Under the pieces are notes generated by a model. It ran no database searches. It saw nothing but the letters and a program-made list of their open reading frames with translations, and had not been told where the DNA came from. The position numbers and the translations under genes were made by a program. Source: Psammoneis japonica (Eukaryota). Taken from it: a stretch of DNA of 64,000 nt. The stretch lies in NCBI GenBank assembly GCA_008632985.1, contig QPGO01000082.1, positions 186,001-250,000 on the forward strand, in the 5' to 3' direction. Shown here piece by piece: positions 37,910-49,766 of the stretch (the first letter of the stretch is position 1; each line of letters begins with the position of its first letter).

Positions 37910-40900
37910 CCAGCACAAACACCTGAGAATGATTGGGATTGTTTCTGTGCGCATCAATGCACGAAAACAAAAAGCAAGCACATTCTCTGGCGTGAGCACC
38001 ACTCTGGACAAGAGTTTGCACACACGGCAAGTGTGTCTCTCGCTGGTGGGTGTGAAAAGAAGACATCAATGTCAGTGACATCTGTGGCATCAATTGCAAA
38101 TGCTTCTGCCGCTTGTCACTTGCGCAAGTCTCGCGCAGTTTTTCCAGCACAGTGCCACACGCAAAAGAGCAGAAACAAACAACAGGCGCAGCCAGGCGAA
38201 CCAAGCAATGACATGCATGACGATGCTTCAAAAGTTGCAAAAGCAAGTGATGGCTGGCATTCATCAACTGCATTGCTTGCTGTGATTCTCCCACTCTCTG
38301 CTGCAGTGCTGGTGTCAGCAGCTGGGCTTCAGGCCCCAATGACAGAGAATCCAAAGCACAGTGAGACAAGCAGCGATGATCGAGAAATCAAAACAATGCC
38401 GAGAGAGAAAGCATCTTTCTTGCAGATGGCAATCAACTTGCCAAAAATGCAGAGATGTCCACAATTTGCAGCAGAGAGGGAGATCACTTGGTGTGAGTGC
38501 CGTGCACTCTGGTTGACAAATGTGACTGTGCTTTGAATGATGGCTTTTGTCTTGGGCCGGCATGCCGTGAGGTGCGTCTTCAGTTTCTGCAACTTGCTGA
38601 CACTCGTCACCACAAAGTGTTCACCCATGACGACAACCCTGATTGATGAGGTGCAAGTCGTTCAGCGGTCTTTCTCTGCAGATCCAAATGCACAGAAAGA
38701 ATAAAAAAATCAGACACCACTCTGTTCAGTGCCGTTCATCGACATCATTGCGCAATGTGGCTTTTCTTGTCGCTGGCAATGACGTGGTGACCATTTCGCA
38801 GTGAATGAGGCACAACGCATGACATCTCCCCTCCACGTGTTGTCTTCATCCAATCTGACATCATTGTCGGTGAAAACACAATTGACAGAGTGTGAGACAA
38901 ATGGCAACTGAAATGACAAAACAATGCCAAGAGTGAAATGGTGCATTGCTTGCCAATGATGCAAACACAGCATTCCACAATGCACTGGTGGCTGACAGAT
39001 AGAGAGATCATGCTGTTCAATGCCACACGTTCTCACCAGCCACCACAGACCAGCAACTCTGGCAGAAGAGGATGTCTCTCTGCATCAAGCCACCAAAAGG
39101 AATTGTTGCCATGCCCACAGTCCATTGTGTTGCCACATTGCCTGCACACAACACTGATCTTCAAAACCAAAGAGTCCAAATGCCAACACACAGTGAACAG
39201 CATGCTGAGACTCAACCACAGTTGTTTTGCCTTGTCTGTCAACAAGGTGTGACACATGACATCTCCCATTGGCTTGATCTGAAGAAAAGAATAAGAGCAC
39301 AAGAGAACAATGTGAGCAAAGAATGGAACACTGGAGTGACAACAAAAGCTCAAAAGGGCACACATTCAATGCCCACCAGATGCAATGTGATCATTTAGAC
39401 GACAATCCACAAAACAGAAAATGGATGCCATGAGAACTGGGTTGTCACTTCTTGTGTCATTTCAGAGTCTTGCAAATGTGGCAGCTTGACCACTGCAGCA
39501 CTGCTTCAGCAAATCAGATTGATGGAGGAACACAGCAAATTGTCACAGCCAGCACAAGTGCACCAGATTGGCAACCCCAAGGCTGAAGGAGGACAGGCAA
39601 CACACATCTGATTGATGCTTCTGCTGTTCGCAGAAATTTTTACAAAACAATCCAAATCCTGCCTTCCTCCCTTGTGCTTCCTTGGCTTGCTTGCTTCCCC
39701 ACAAGCAAAAAACTGGTCTGTCCTCTGCCTTTTGGCATCTCTGTAAAAGTCAATTTTGTTTCCAAAATCAATGGGTTTTTCAACAGGCAATGCTTCTGGC
39801 ATCTTCTGACATTGTCAACTGACGTGCTTTTGTGCCAGTGTTTGTCAGTTTCATGGTTCTGAACGCCATTGCCACTGTTCAGATGCTTCTGCTGTTGGCA
39901 GAAATTTTTGTGAAACAAACAAAATCCTGCCTTCCTCCCTTGTGCTTCCTTGGCTTGCTCGCTTCCCCACAAGCAAAAAACCAGTCTGTCCTCTGCCTTT
40001 TGGCATCTCTGCAAAAGTTGATTTTGTTTCCAAAATCAATGGGTTTTTCACCATGCAATGCTCTTGCATCTTCTGACATTGTCGGTGACATGCTCTTGTG
40101 CCCATGTTCACCAGTTTCACACCAGCTCTGAATGCCATTGCCACTGTTGCAAGAAGGGCCTTTTTTTGCTCCAAGAGGACAGACCGGTCATCATCAGAAT
40201 TCTGTGTGGCAATGCACTGAGAAATTTACAAAGTTTTTTTTTTGCCTCCGACCTCAATTGCTTGGCCATTGTCTCTCACTGCGGCAGCATGGCAAGTTCA
40301 CAATGCACACTCTTGTCAAACAATGTGGGCCCACAAGCTCTCATTCATTGTTGTTTTGCCTTGTTGCTCACATTTTGTGTGCATGCATTTGTCTCGAATT
40401 GGAAATGGACAACTTAAAAAACGTTCATCAATGAGGATGATCAATGACACAAAATCTCTGTAAATTCTCAAATGACTGTTTTTTCTTAGAAAATGGTGAT
40501 GTGCTGCTTTTGCCCCCCCCCAATTGTGCCATGATGCAACACTCTTTTATCCGCTGTTTTCACAAAGTGCTCTGTTGACCTTCTGACTGATGCCAGCAGA
40601 GGCAGTTTGCACGTCAAACAATGGGGGCCACTCTTAAAGTGATTTGCAAAGTTTGCTCTTGCAAGAGGACAGACCAGTTGGAAGAGAACAGACTGGTTTT
40701 TTGCTTGCACCACAGCACCAAGTTTTCTGTGTTCTTCTGCCACCCTGGACCACAGCCACGTGCACATGAAATAAAAAGCACCAACGCCAAATCAAGATGG
40801 AGAGCAATGATGCGTGACAGATGCGCACAAGGAAAAAAAGATCATTTGCACGCACATGCCTGCAGCACATTCTCAAACATGGGTGGCGCAACTTTTAAGG

Positions 40901-43900
40901 CATCGTGCAAAGACTTGCGTGCTGCACAGAGGATTTGCGCAGGGCAGTGCAAATTAGATGCCAGAGGCTGTGCAGAAAAAATGCAAAATCACTGCACTCA
41001 TGCTCAACCAAAACCGGTGGCAAAATTTCCGTCAGTGGTGTGGTGAATCCTGCGGAAATTCTTGAACAGATTTTGCCGGGACTCAACATGAAGCACAACT
41101 CAGAGGAGCTGGATGATGATGACACATCTTTGCAAGACCAACAAACCACACATGCATGAAAAGATCATTGAGAGCAGATGTGTCAAACTGCATCTCACAC
41201 CCACGTGTCCAGGGACATCACTCTTTAAAATCTGACGCCTTCCAATTTGTGGTTTGGGGGAAATCTGATGACATCTTCAGACAGGTTGGTGCAAGATGCA
41301 GTTTGACCCTCCAAACCTTCTTCCCCCACATGTGCTTGAGACACTTTGACACCCATTTCTTTGTGACACTTGACATGTTGACAAGACAGTCGCCACTGAA
41401 AATGTTTGCTCCACTCAGTCCACTCAATGCAGAATTGATGCTGCAGTCTGCAGCCCATGAGCAACAGCACTCAAGTCTTTGTGTGATGCCTCAATGCAAC
41501 CCCAAAGCACCGCATGTCAGTTTTGGCAAAAGAGTCCAAGAACACTGCTCCAAATGGTGATTCAATCAGGTGTTGCATGTGGCAGCACAAGACAAGCCAA
41601 GTGGCAGCCTTCTGTTGGTCCGTGTGCGCCATCGAGTGCTTCTCTTCAGCAGTCACGGCATTCTAGATTGCTGGATGAGGGAGCGCATCACATTGTAGAT
41701 GCTTGTGCAAAACAATGCAAAGGGCAGCCAAGATCTTGCTGGACAAACCGGTCTTCCAACTTGAGATTGCAAAAAGGAACAGAAGCAATGGATTCTCCAT
41801 TGCACAACCAACGATCTTAGAAAGATGATTGGTGATCAAGTTGCAGCTTGATTCTGCCAAATCACAACAGAGTTGCGCAATGGATTCTTTGCACATCATG
41901 CACTCAAACGGCGCTGGTGGATTCTTGCGCTGTTGCAGGCCAAATTCCAACATCAACAACCAAATCATTTTTTTTGGGTCCCAGGTTTTCCCATGGCAGT
42001 CTTGCAACAACTTGACAAAAAAAATGTTGAAAGTCACTCAATCCCTCAGCTTTGTCAAAAGCATCAATGAAATTCCGGCAAACCACTTGCATCTCTGCAT
42101 CAAAATTGGCGCTGGTGCAATCAAGATTGACCATGACACAAAATTGGTCATCTTGCCTGACATCTTTTGAAAGGTTGCGGTGGTTGTGCATGTTGCCACT
42201 TGCCCCAATCATTTTCAGTGCATCGTTTTGAATGCCACAAACACCAGGGCTGTTGGTGACAGCTCGGGTGGCATTTGGTCTGAACAGCGCCTGTCTGGAT
42301 GCTCAACAACATGGTGTTTTTGAGCAAGCACTGCCATGGCTTCACAGTGCAGCTTGGCAGTTTCTTGGGCCACGTTGGAGCCAAACATTGGCATGATCAA
42401 TTGCTTGTAGAACTTCTTTTCATTGTGTGGCATCTCATTGCCAGGGTGCAGCTGTCAGGCTCATTGTTCATGCCAATTTCATGGATCTTTTGCCAGTCGT
42501 CAATCCCACCTGCTCAGTCACAGACAGTCTGTCCTTGCACTGCCAGTTTTTTGTCGGCATCACAACATTTCATCTTGTCAAACACAACATGATGTTACAT
42601 TGTTGTTTGCATTGAGACACAGCCAAATGCACCGCAAAGCCCAAATGAAGTGAGCAAAAATCAGCAACACCCGTGCACCAGTCAGACAGTGTCCAAATCT
42701 CTAAAACTCTGCCACAGAAGCAGGGCATGTGGAGGCACCACATGTCTTGAGGCAGTGCTTCTTGAGGCAGGTGCTTTTGAAGTTTTGGCGACTCACTTGC
42801 GCTCTTCATGACAAAGCATTGACCTGTGACAACAACCCCAGACTGACGAGGTGCAAGTTGTTCGGCGGCCTTTCTCTGCAGATCAGAAATGCAACAAGCA
42901 ACAAAAAATCAGACACCACCTTGATGGGAAAGATTGTCACAATCTTCGACACGTGGCACTTCAGCCAAAGCAACATTCTTGGAGGATTGAATTGGAATGT
43001 CATCAACACGTGCAGCACTTTGGTCAGAGTGGCGTTCTTGGAGGATGGACTTGGACCAGAAGCACTGACAGTCTGTCATGCCGGCATTTGGCAGAGTTGT
43101 TGTGATGTGATGTGCACTTTGCAAGTTGCTGGTGACAACATTTTGGAGCTGCTGTTCATGCAGCGCCACATTGATTTGCACCCTGTTTGGCATTTTGCAG
43201 CAGAAGGGCCAGCATGCATCACAAATGAAGTGCTCAAAAAAGGGCATGGCAATGATGCTGCATGTCTTTCTGTTTGTCATGGGCACCTCACACTGTTTGC
43301 TTTTGTTTGTGTTTTGTGCACATGCCATTGCTTGCATGTTGATGTGCCAGAGAGCTGGCAGAGTGGGGCCCTGCAGCCGGGGCCTCTGCGTGCAGTGCAC
43401 AGGCTCAGAGCCTGTGCTGCGCACGAGTGATGTGGTGCCGTCAAAATTTGAAAATTTGACTTTGAAAGCACAAACACCTGAGAATGATTGGGATTGTTTC
43501 TGTGCGCATCAACGCGCGAAAACAAAAAGCAAGCACATTCTCTGGCATGAGCACCACTCTGGACGAGAGTTTGCACACGGCAAGTGTGTCTCTCGCTGGT
43601 GGGTGGTGGGTGTGAAATGAAGACATCAATGTGTCAGTGACGTGCGTGGCATTAATTGCAAATGCTTCTGCCGCTCGTCACTTGCACAAGTCTCATGCAG
43701 TTTTTTCAGCACAGTGCCACACGCAAAAGAGCAGAAACAAACAGCAGGCGAATCAAAGCAATGACATGCATGACGATGCTTCAAAAGTTGCAAAAGCACA
43801 CCCGCCTAAAAGTGATGTTTGCATTTGCGAGGATCAATCAAATGTCTGCAGTATGGTCCACTTCTCTACAGCAGAGTCTGCAACACCCCACTGTGCTGCA

Positions 43901-46530
43901 GCACCTTTTTCAATTCACGAGGATCAACCAAACACAAGCTCAACAACCAAATGGAGCTTCTTTCCCAGCACGGCAACTTTCACTCCAATCAAAGAAGTCA
44001 CACTCAGCTTTGGCAATCACTGAACACAAATTGACACAACACACATCCGTTCGCAACTCCACCCTGCATTCCACCCACAGTGACTCTGACCTTGCGTCTC
44101 TTGTCCCTCTTGCATTTCACCTTCTTGATGTCCAAATGAGGACGCCGCTCGCAAGTGACAGAATTGGCATTTCCCTTGAACGTTCGGCAAGACTGGCTGC
44201 CGCACCAGCCATGGCACGGGGACTGAAAAAGGTGCCAATGGTCTTTTGTCCTTTGTCAAGAGGCTTGTGTTGCTTGGGAGGCATGGTGATGTGACACATT
44301 TGGCTGCAGTGCAAATCACGTGCGAATCCTTTGGCATCACAACAGCAAACGACGAATGTTCAGAAGTGCATCAGAAACAAAAGAGTTCAGCACGAACAAC
44401 AATGTGATTGAATGCTCACTGTGTCGAATGACAGCAATTGGCGCACAGCCACCAATGCCGAGCCGAGTGCAGTGCATGCGTGTTGTTGCAATTCGTTCAT
44501 TCTTCAGGGCTGAACGATGTCGAACCAACAATCAACAAGGAACAAAACAGTCAATGAGCAACACATTTTATAAACAGGAAATTGAAGAGTGGCATTGTGT
44601 CGATTCAATGCTCACCTGGTGATAACGCTGCGGGTGTGACACTGTCACGAGGAGTCTCTTGACGTCCGATGCACCTTTGTGTGCCGATGGAGTTGACTCC
44701 ATCAACATCGTTGAAACGATCAGCACGATGGCAAACCAAACACGAGAAGTGAGAATGCATTCAAAGTACAAACGACACAAGAAATTGACATGAACGGAGA
44801 TGAAGGCTCACCTTTCAAAGTGCACTCACAAAACAAAGCAGCTCGATGCGACAGTCGCCTTCTTTTCGTTGATTCTGAGATTGATGACCGCGGAATTCCG
44901 GCGCGCCAATTTCGTGGATCTTTTGCCACTCGTCAATCCCACTTGCTCAGTCACGGACAGTCTGTCCTCGCACTGCCGGTTTTTCGTCGGCATCACAACA
45001 TCATTTCATCTCGTCAAACACAACAAGATGTTACATTGTTGTTTGTGTTAAGACAGCCGAACGCAACGCAAAGCCCAAACAAATAAAATGAATGAAAAAT
45101 CAGCAACGCCCGTGTGTAAGTCGGACAGTGTCAAAATCTCTAAAACTCCGCCACAGAAGCAGGGCATGTAGAGGCACAGCATGTCTTGAGGCAGCACGTC
45201 TTGCGGCAGGTGCTTTTGCAGTTTCTGTCACTCGCTGACACTCGTCATGACAAAGTGTTGACCTGTGACGACAACCCTAGATTGATGAGGTGCGAGTCGT
45301 TCGGTGGCCTTTCTCTGCAGATCAGAAATGCAACAATCACAAAAGATCAGACACCGCCTTGATGGGAAAGATTGTCACAATCTTCAACACGCGGCGCTTC
45401 AGTCGGAGCAGCATTCTTGGAGGATGGACTTGGAATGTCATCAACACGCGCATCACTTCAGTCGGAGTGGTGATGTCAGAGGACAGACTTGTGCCAGCAT
45501 CATTGATTGTCTGAAAAAAGAAAAAGGAGTGCTTGTTAGATTCACAAAATTTGTTCGTCGTCCTCGTGATTCATCAGATGTTGCATGCTCACCACATTCA
45601 AAAAACAACAATGACACGTCAATCAAAGCAAGTGGCATGTCTCAAATCACATCAACACGCAGGCAATGACACATGTGCAAAACACAAACAAAGCAAATGG
45701 CACAAGATGCCCATGACAAACAGAAAGACACACAGCATCGTTGCCTTGCCATTTTTCGAGCGTTGCATTTGCAATGCACACCGGCGCTTCTGCTGCAAAA
45801 TGCAAATCAATGCTGCACATGCAGCAGCTCCAAAACGTTGTTACTTGCAACTTGTAAAGCGTGCATCGCATCATGACGACTCTGCCAAATGTGCCGAATG
45901 AAGAATGAAGAAGAGTCCAGGAGCAAGGCAAGAACCCAACGACGAATCGTGTCGAGACTCATCCACACACAGTGTGCATGATGTTTGTGGACCGGTGCAT
46001 GTTTTGATGTGCATTGATTTGTTGAGAGTTGAGGGCGAACTTGAGGTTTTTGGCCAAATTGACCAAGGGAAAGCAAGGAAGGCAGCAGTTTCTTGGATGG
46101 CACTCGCCAGCTCGCTCGCTTGTGCGCGGCTTGCTCGCTCGAACAGATTTCGAATCATCATCAAGCCCCGCCAATGCACGCACGACGCACGTGCACACCA
46201 TCAGAATTTGTCTTGAAAAGCACAAACACCTGTGAATGAGCAGTGTCATGTCCACGCGCATCAACGTGCGAAAACAAACGCGCGCGCTCCATCCATGCGA
46301 GCCTTCACTCGGCGCACCAAGGCTGAGTGCAAACAATGGTGACAATGAGACAACCATGTCAGTGACATGCATGACTTTAAATGCAAATGCCACTACACCG
46401 TGTCACTTGCAGGAGTCTTGTGCATTTGTTTTAGCACAGTGCAGCGCAAAAGAGCAGTGACAAAGCGATGTCGAATCGACACATCGTGATGCTTCAAATC
46501 CTGCAAAAGCACAACCGCCTAAAAGTGAAT
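37910..46530. repeat. Dispersed segmental duplication, three partial copies (about 37910-38250 plus 38560-38720; 42470-43815; 44905-46530)
   Basis: Shared blocks such as tttctctgcagatc, gcacaaacacctg, gatgcttcaaa..tgcaaaagca, ccacagaagcagggcatgt. Confidence 0.85.
39613..40090. repeat. Tandem duplication, period 268 bp
   Basis: gatgcttctgctgtt...catcttctgacattgtc at about 39613-39820 and 39881-40088. Confidence 0.9.
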
Positions 46531-46602
46531 TCCGGCACAGGGACTCGAACCCTGGTATCCTGCGTGAGAGGCAAGTATGCTAACCACCTACATCATGCCG
46601 GA
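46530..46602 (-). tRNA. tRNA-Glu (CTC)
   Basis: Minus strand TCCGGCA-TG-ATGT-AGGTGGTTA-GCAT-A-CTTGC-CT[CTC]AC-GCAGG-ATAC-CAGGG-TTCGAGT-CCCTG-TGCCGGA-A folds as a complete cloverleaf; TTTT Pol III terminator just downstream (46524-46521). Confidence 0.95.
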
Positions 46603-48520
46603 CAGATGCTATGAAATGCGTTTCGTTGCTTTTTGAACATTTGCGCAATTGTTCGTCAATGCAAAATGGGTGTGCATGCAGGTCATTTGTGCAGCTTTCA
46701 CAGTCTGGAAAAGGGCAGCAAAGCACAGAACTGAAATGAACAACAATGTTAAAAGTGAGTGTCAAGAGAAAAGAACTCGAATGACCTCGCTCACTTGTTG
46801 GTGCTGCTCCACCACACCAGCGGCTCTCGAGCGGCGTGCTCGATTCTCAGGCGAAGCACAGAGCGACAATCCATTTTGAGCACAAATTGTGTGTTTCTCA
46901 TGTGTGGAGCATTTTCACAAAAAGGTGCTTGTGCAAATGGGCTTTTGTGGGTGTGCGTGCAGAATGTGGCTTTTTCTTTCGCGGAGCTCAAGCCATCGTA
47001 GAACACACGCCACAAATTTCCTTTGACACGCTGGCTGTGCGACAATGCACCCCCTCACAGGCAGAACACCCCACTGGAAACATTGTGGGCAGCTCTTTTG
47101 CATTGATGTCCAAACACTTAATTTGCACGAATCTTCAACACTTTTGCTGAAAATCACCTGCTGTCAACAACTTTGCAGCGCTGATGCAAGTCTTGTCAGT
47201 GTTTCAAAACATTGGCATTTTAACAAATCTCTGCTGTTGGTTGGTGGTCGATCGCAAGTTGGTGGGGGCCACATGAAAAACATGCAAATGTCATTTTTGT
47301 GCACAATTTGGTTCATGCACAACTGCTGAAACACATGGAGTTTCCCCCATTTGTCAGAGTGCAGAGTGTGAAAGATGTGGGACAACAAATTTTCTCCCTG
47401 CCAAGAGCAGATTGTGGGTTGTTGCTCACAAGAAGGTTCAACCTGCCAAGCTAGAACCTGGCTGTTCAAAACAACAAAAGCAAGTGATCTCTGCAAGCAC
47501 AAAGGAGGGTGCTAAAGCCAGCTGTGCAGCCTTGTTTTTGGAGCCAAACGCCAGGTGCTTTCCATGCTTTGCATTTTGAGGCAGCCACACAAGTGCACAA
47601 TTGAACTCCATGCATGCTGTGTGTGAAGTGTGCCGCATTGTTTGCACTTGCAAAAGGTTTTGAAATTGCCGACCAAAGCCATCCTCTGGAGCACAAATCC
47701 TTTCATGATGTTTTGTCTGTGGTGATGGCAAAGCAAACCATGAAAAAATTGCAACAAGAAGGTCAAGGTGCAAAAGCAATGCAGTGCTGAGTCAGCCTCC
47801 TGGTCTGCCATGAGTGCCGAGTCACTTGCCAAAATGGGGAAGAAAGCATTTTTTGGCGGCCTGGATTGTTGTGGCGCATGGCCACCCATTTGTTGGAGCT
47901 TGGTGATGCTGCCTTTTGCCTTCTGTGACTTCAAGGAAATGGGCACACATCAAGCAGCATTAACATCTTTCAGTTTCATCCTCTCTTCTTGGGCTTTGAC
48001 ACAAAAGAACAACCTGATTTGATTGTCAAAGCCAAACAACGCACAGCACGGGTTCTGTCAAACCTTTTGTTGGCACGGTGGTCAGAAAAGGCTTCAGTCA
48101 CCAGGCAAGGCACAGGCAAGTGTCAAAATTATATAACGGTTCGTTGGAATCATCTCATCTGAGGGCCGTCGGATCCATGCGCAATTCCAACTGTAGCACA
48201 ACAGACGCTGCAGAAGACATCTATATCATCAACAACCTCCCAAACGTAGTGTTCTTAAAACTGCAAAGCAGAGCACACACGGCATCTGGAAGGAACTTAT
48301 AAGACCAAGCAGTGAGTTTTATGCTTAACTAGAACTACAGTAGCTAGCGGTGTAGGCTTGCACTGGAGCGATGAACTTAGAAGAAAGCCCTGAATCGCCA
48401 CAAACTTCTTTGAAGAACGAGCTTACTTCTTGTAGTTCTGTTGGCAACAAAAGGACGAACAAAATTAGGAAAAACATAGAATGGGGATGACGATTGCAAA
48501 CGAATTATGGAGGCGCCAAC

Positions 48521-49766
48521 TCATACCTTGAGGAAATCCAAAGCTTCGGCACTGACTTCTTCCTTTTGAAGGACTTTGCCTCCCGATTCTCCTCCCTTAA
48601 CAACACCAAGACCAGAAGAAGATGTCTTAACAACAGGAGCAGGTGCCGCTTTTGGCGCTGGAGCGGGGGCTGGTGCTGGTGCTGGTGCCGGCTTTGGTGC
48701 GGGTGCAGTGGCCGCCTTTTCATCCTTGGCGAGAACCTTCTCCGCAGCGGCAGTCGTCTTCTCCGCAGCAGCGGCTGCTTGTTCCTTCTTCTTGGCCTCG
48801 AGTTCTGCAGCCTTCTCTTCTGCTTCTTTTTGTTTGGCCAGCTTTTCTGCCTTTTCTGCCTCCGCCTTGGCCTTTGCTTCTGCTTCCTCGGCGGCACGCT
48901 TATCCGCCAGTGCTTCGGCCTTGGCTTGAGCCTTTGCCTCGCTTTCAGCCTTGGCCTTGGCAGCAGCCTCAGCCTTGGCAGCAGCTTTCTCTGCCTTCGC
49001 TGCTTCGGCTGCTGCTTTCTTCTCCTCTGCTTCCTTTTCTTTTGCCGCGCGTTCAGCTCTCTCAGCGTCTAACTTAGCCTTGGCAGCTTTTTCCTCGGCA
49101 GCGCGCTTGTCGGCCTCAAGTTCACCCTTCATTGCCTCATCCTCATCGACTTTAAGTTCTTCTTTCGCCAGCTTGCTTGGCTTGGCTGGAGAAGTTCCGT
49201 CGAAATCATAGCCCTGCTCTTTGAAGGCCTTCTTCGTCTTTGGTGCCGCCTTCTTCTTTGGTGCCTTGGCGGGGACAGGAGCTGCTACTTTCTTGGGCGC
49301 AGCAGCTTTTTTCTCTGACATTTGCACCTTGGGTACGGGAATAGAAGGAAGAGACACACTAGGCGCCTCCGTATCGGCGAAGGGTGCCGCCAAGATTAAA
49401 CCAAGACAAGCACCGGCCGCTCCCAGAAGTCCCTATTTGATGGTTCGAAAGGAAATTGAGTGGTGAGATACTGTAACGCTTGACAGATGGTGGATGCCAA
49501 GACCACATTGAAAACTTAAGAAATACAATGTGGTTTAAGCACACCTCAGTGCCATTTTGATACATATCTACATTACTTACAACTGCCTTGACTGCGGTGG
49601 TTTCATCGGGCGGAGGGTTTTGCACGCCTGCGACCTGGGTCAAAGTTCCGCGGCTTGCAGGAGTAGCCCTCGGGGTGAATGCAGCGTTTCTTGCAATCGG
49701 CGAGTTCACACCAAATGCATCTCCGCCGGCAATGGCGATCGCAAGAACAAGAGCTCCAAATCTCAT
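48521..49766 (-). CDS. Plastid-targeted Ala/Lys/Glu-rich low-complexity protein; intron about 49544-49433
   Basis: MRFGALVLAIAIAGGDAFGV signal plus transit peptide; hydrophobic segment GLLGAAGACLGLILAAPFA; EKAA/AKA helical repeats and a (PA)n tract. Confidence 0.75.

Larger units (their letters stand above)
34155..48125. mobile_element. TpA-depleted island D (14-kb transposon and duplication graveyard containing a tRNA)
   Basis: TA nearly absent throughout; abrupt return of TA at 48129 (ttatataac); multiple internal duplications. Confidence 0.85.

Noticed and set aside
40400..42420. Possible DNA-transposase relic on the minus strand
   Set aside because: Looks formerly coding but I could not recognise a diagnostic motif.
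3900..48100. Numerous 60-230 aa ORFs inside the TA-depleted islands
   Set aside because: Explained by loss of TAA/TAG stops; Tyr-free, overlapping in all frames, with no coherent domains beyond TE relics.
3825..48125. Classical fungal RIP or plain CpG methylation decay as the full explanation
   Set aside because: RIP increases TpA and CpG decay does not remove it; CpG-rich but TA-free segments exist here.
3825..48125. Alternative genetic code, contamination or foreign-genome insertion
   Set aside because: The islands hold broken diatom-type TE motifs, grade into host flanks and contain a normal tRNA; paralogous copies show the substitutions directly.
48494..49211. Plus-strand Ala/Ser/Phe- or Leu/Cys-rich ORFs
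   Set aside because: Antisense shadows of the Ala/Lys-rich minus-strand gene.
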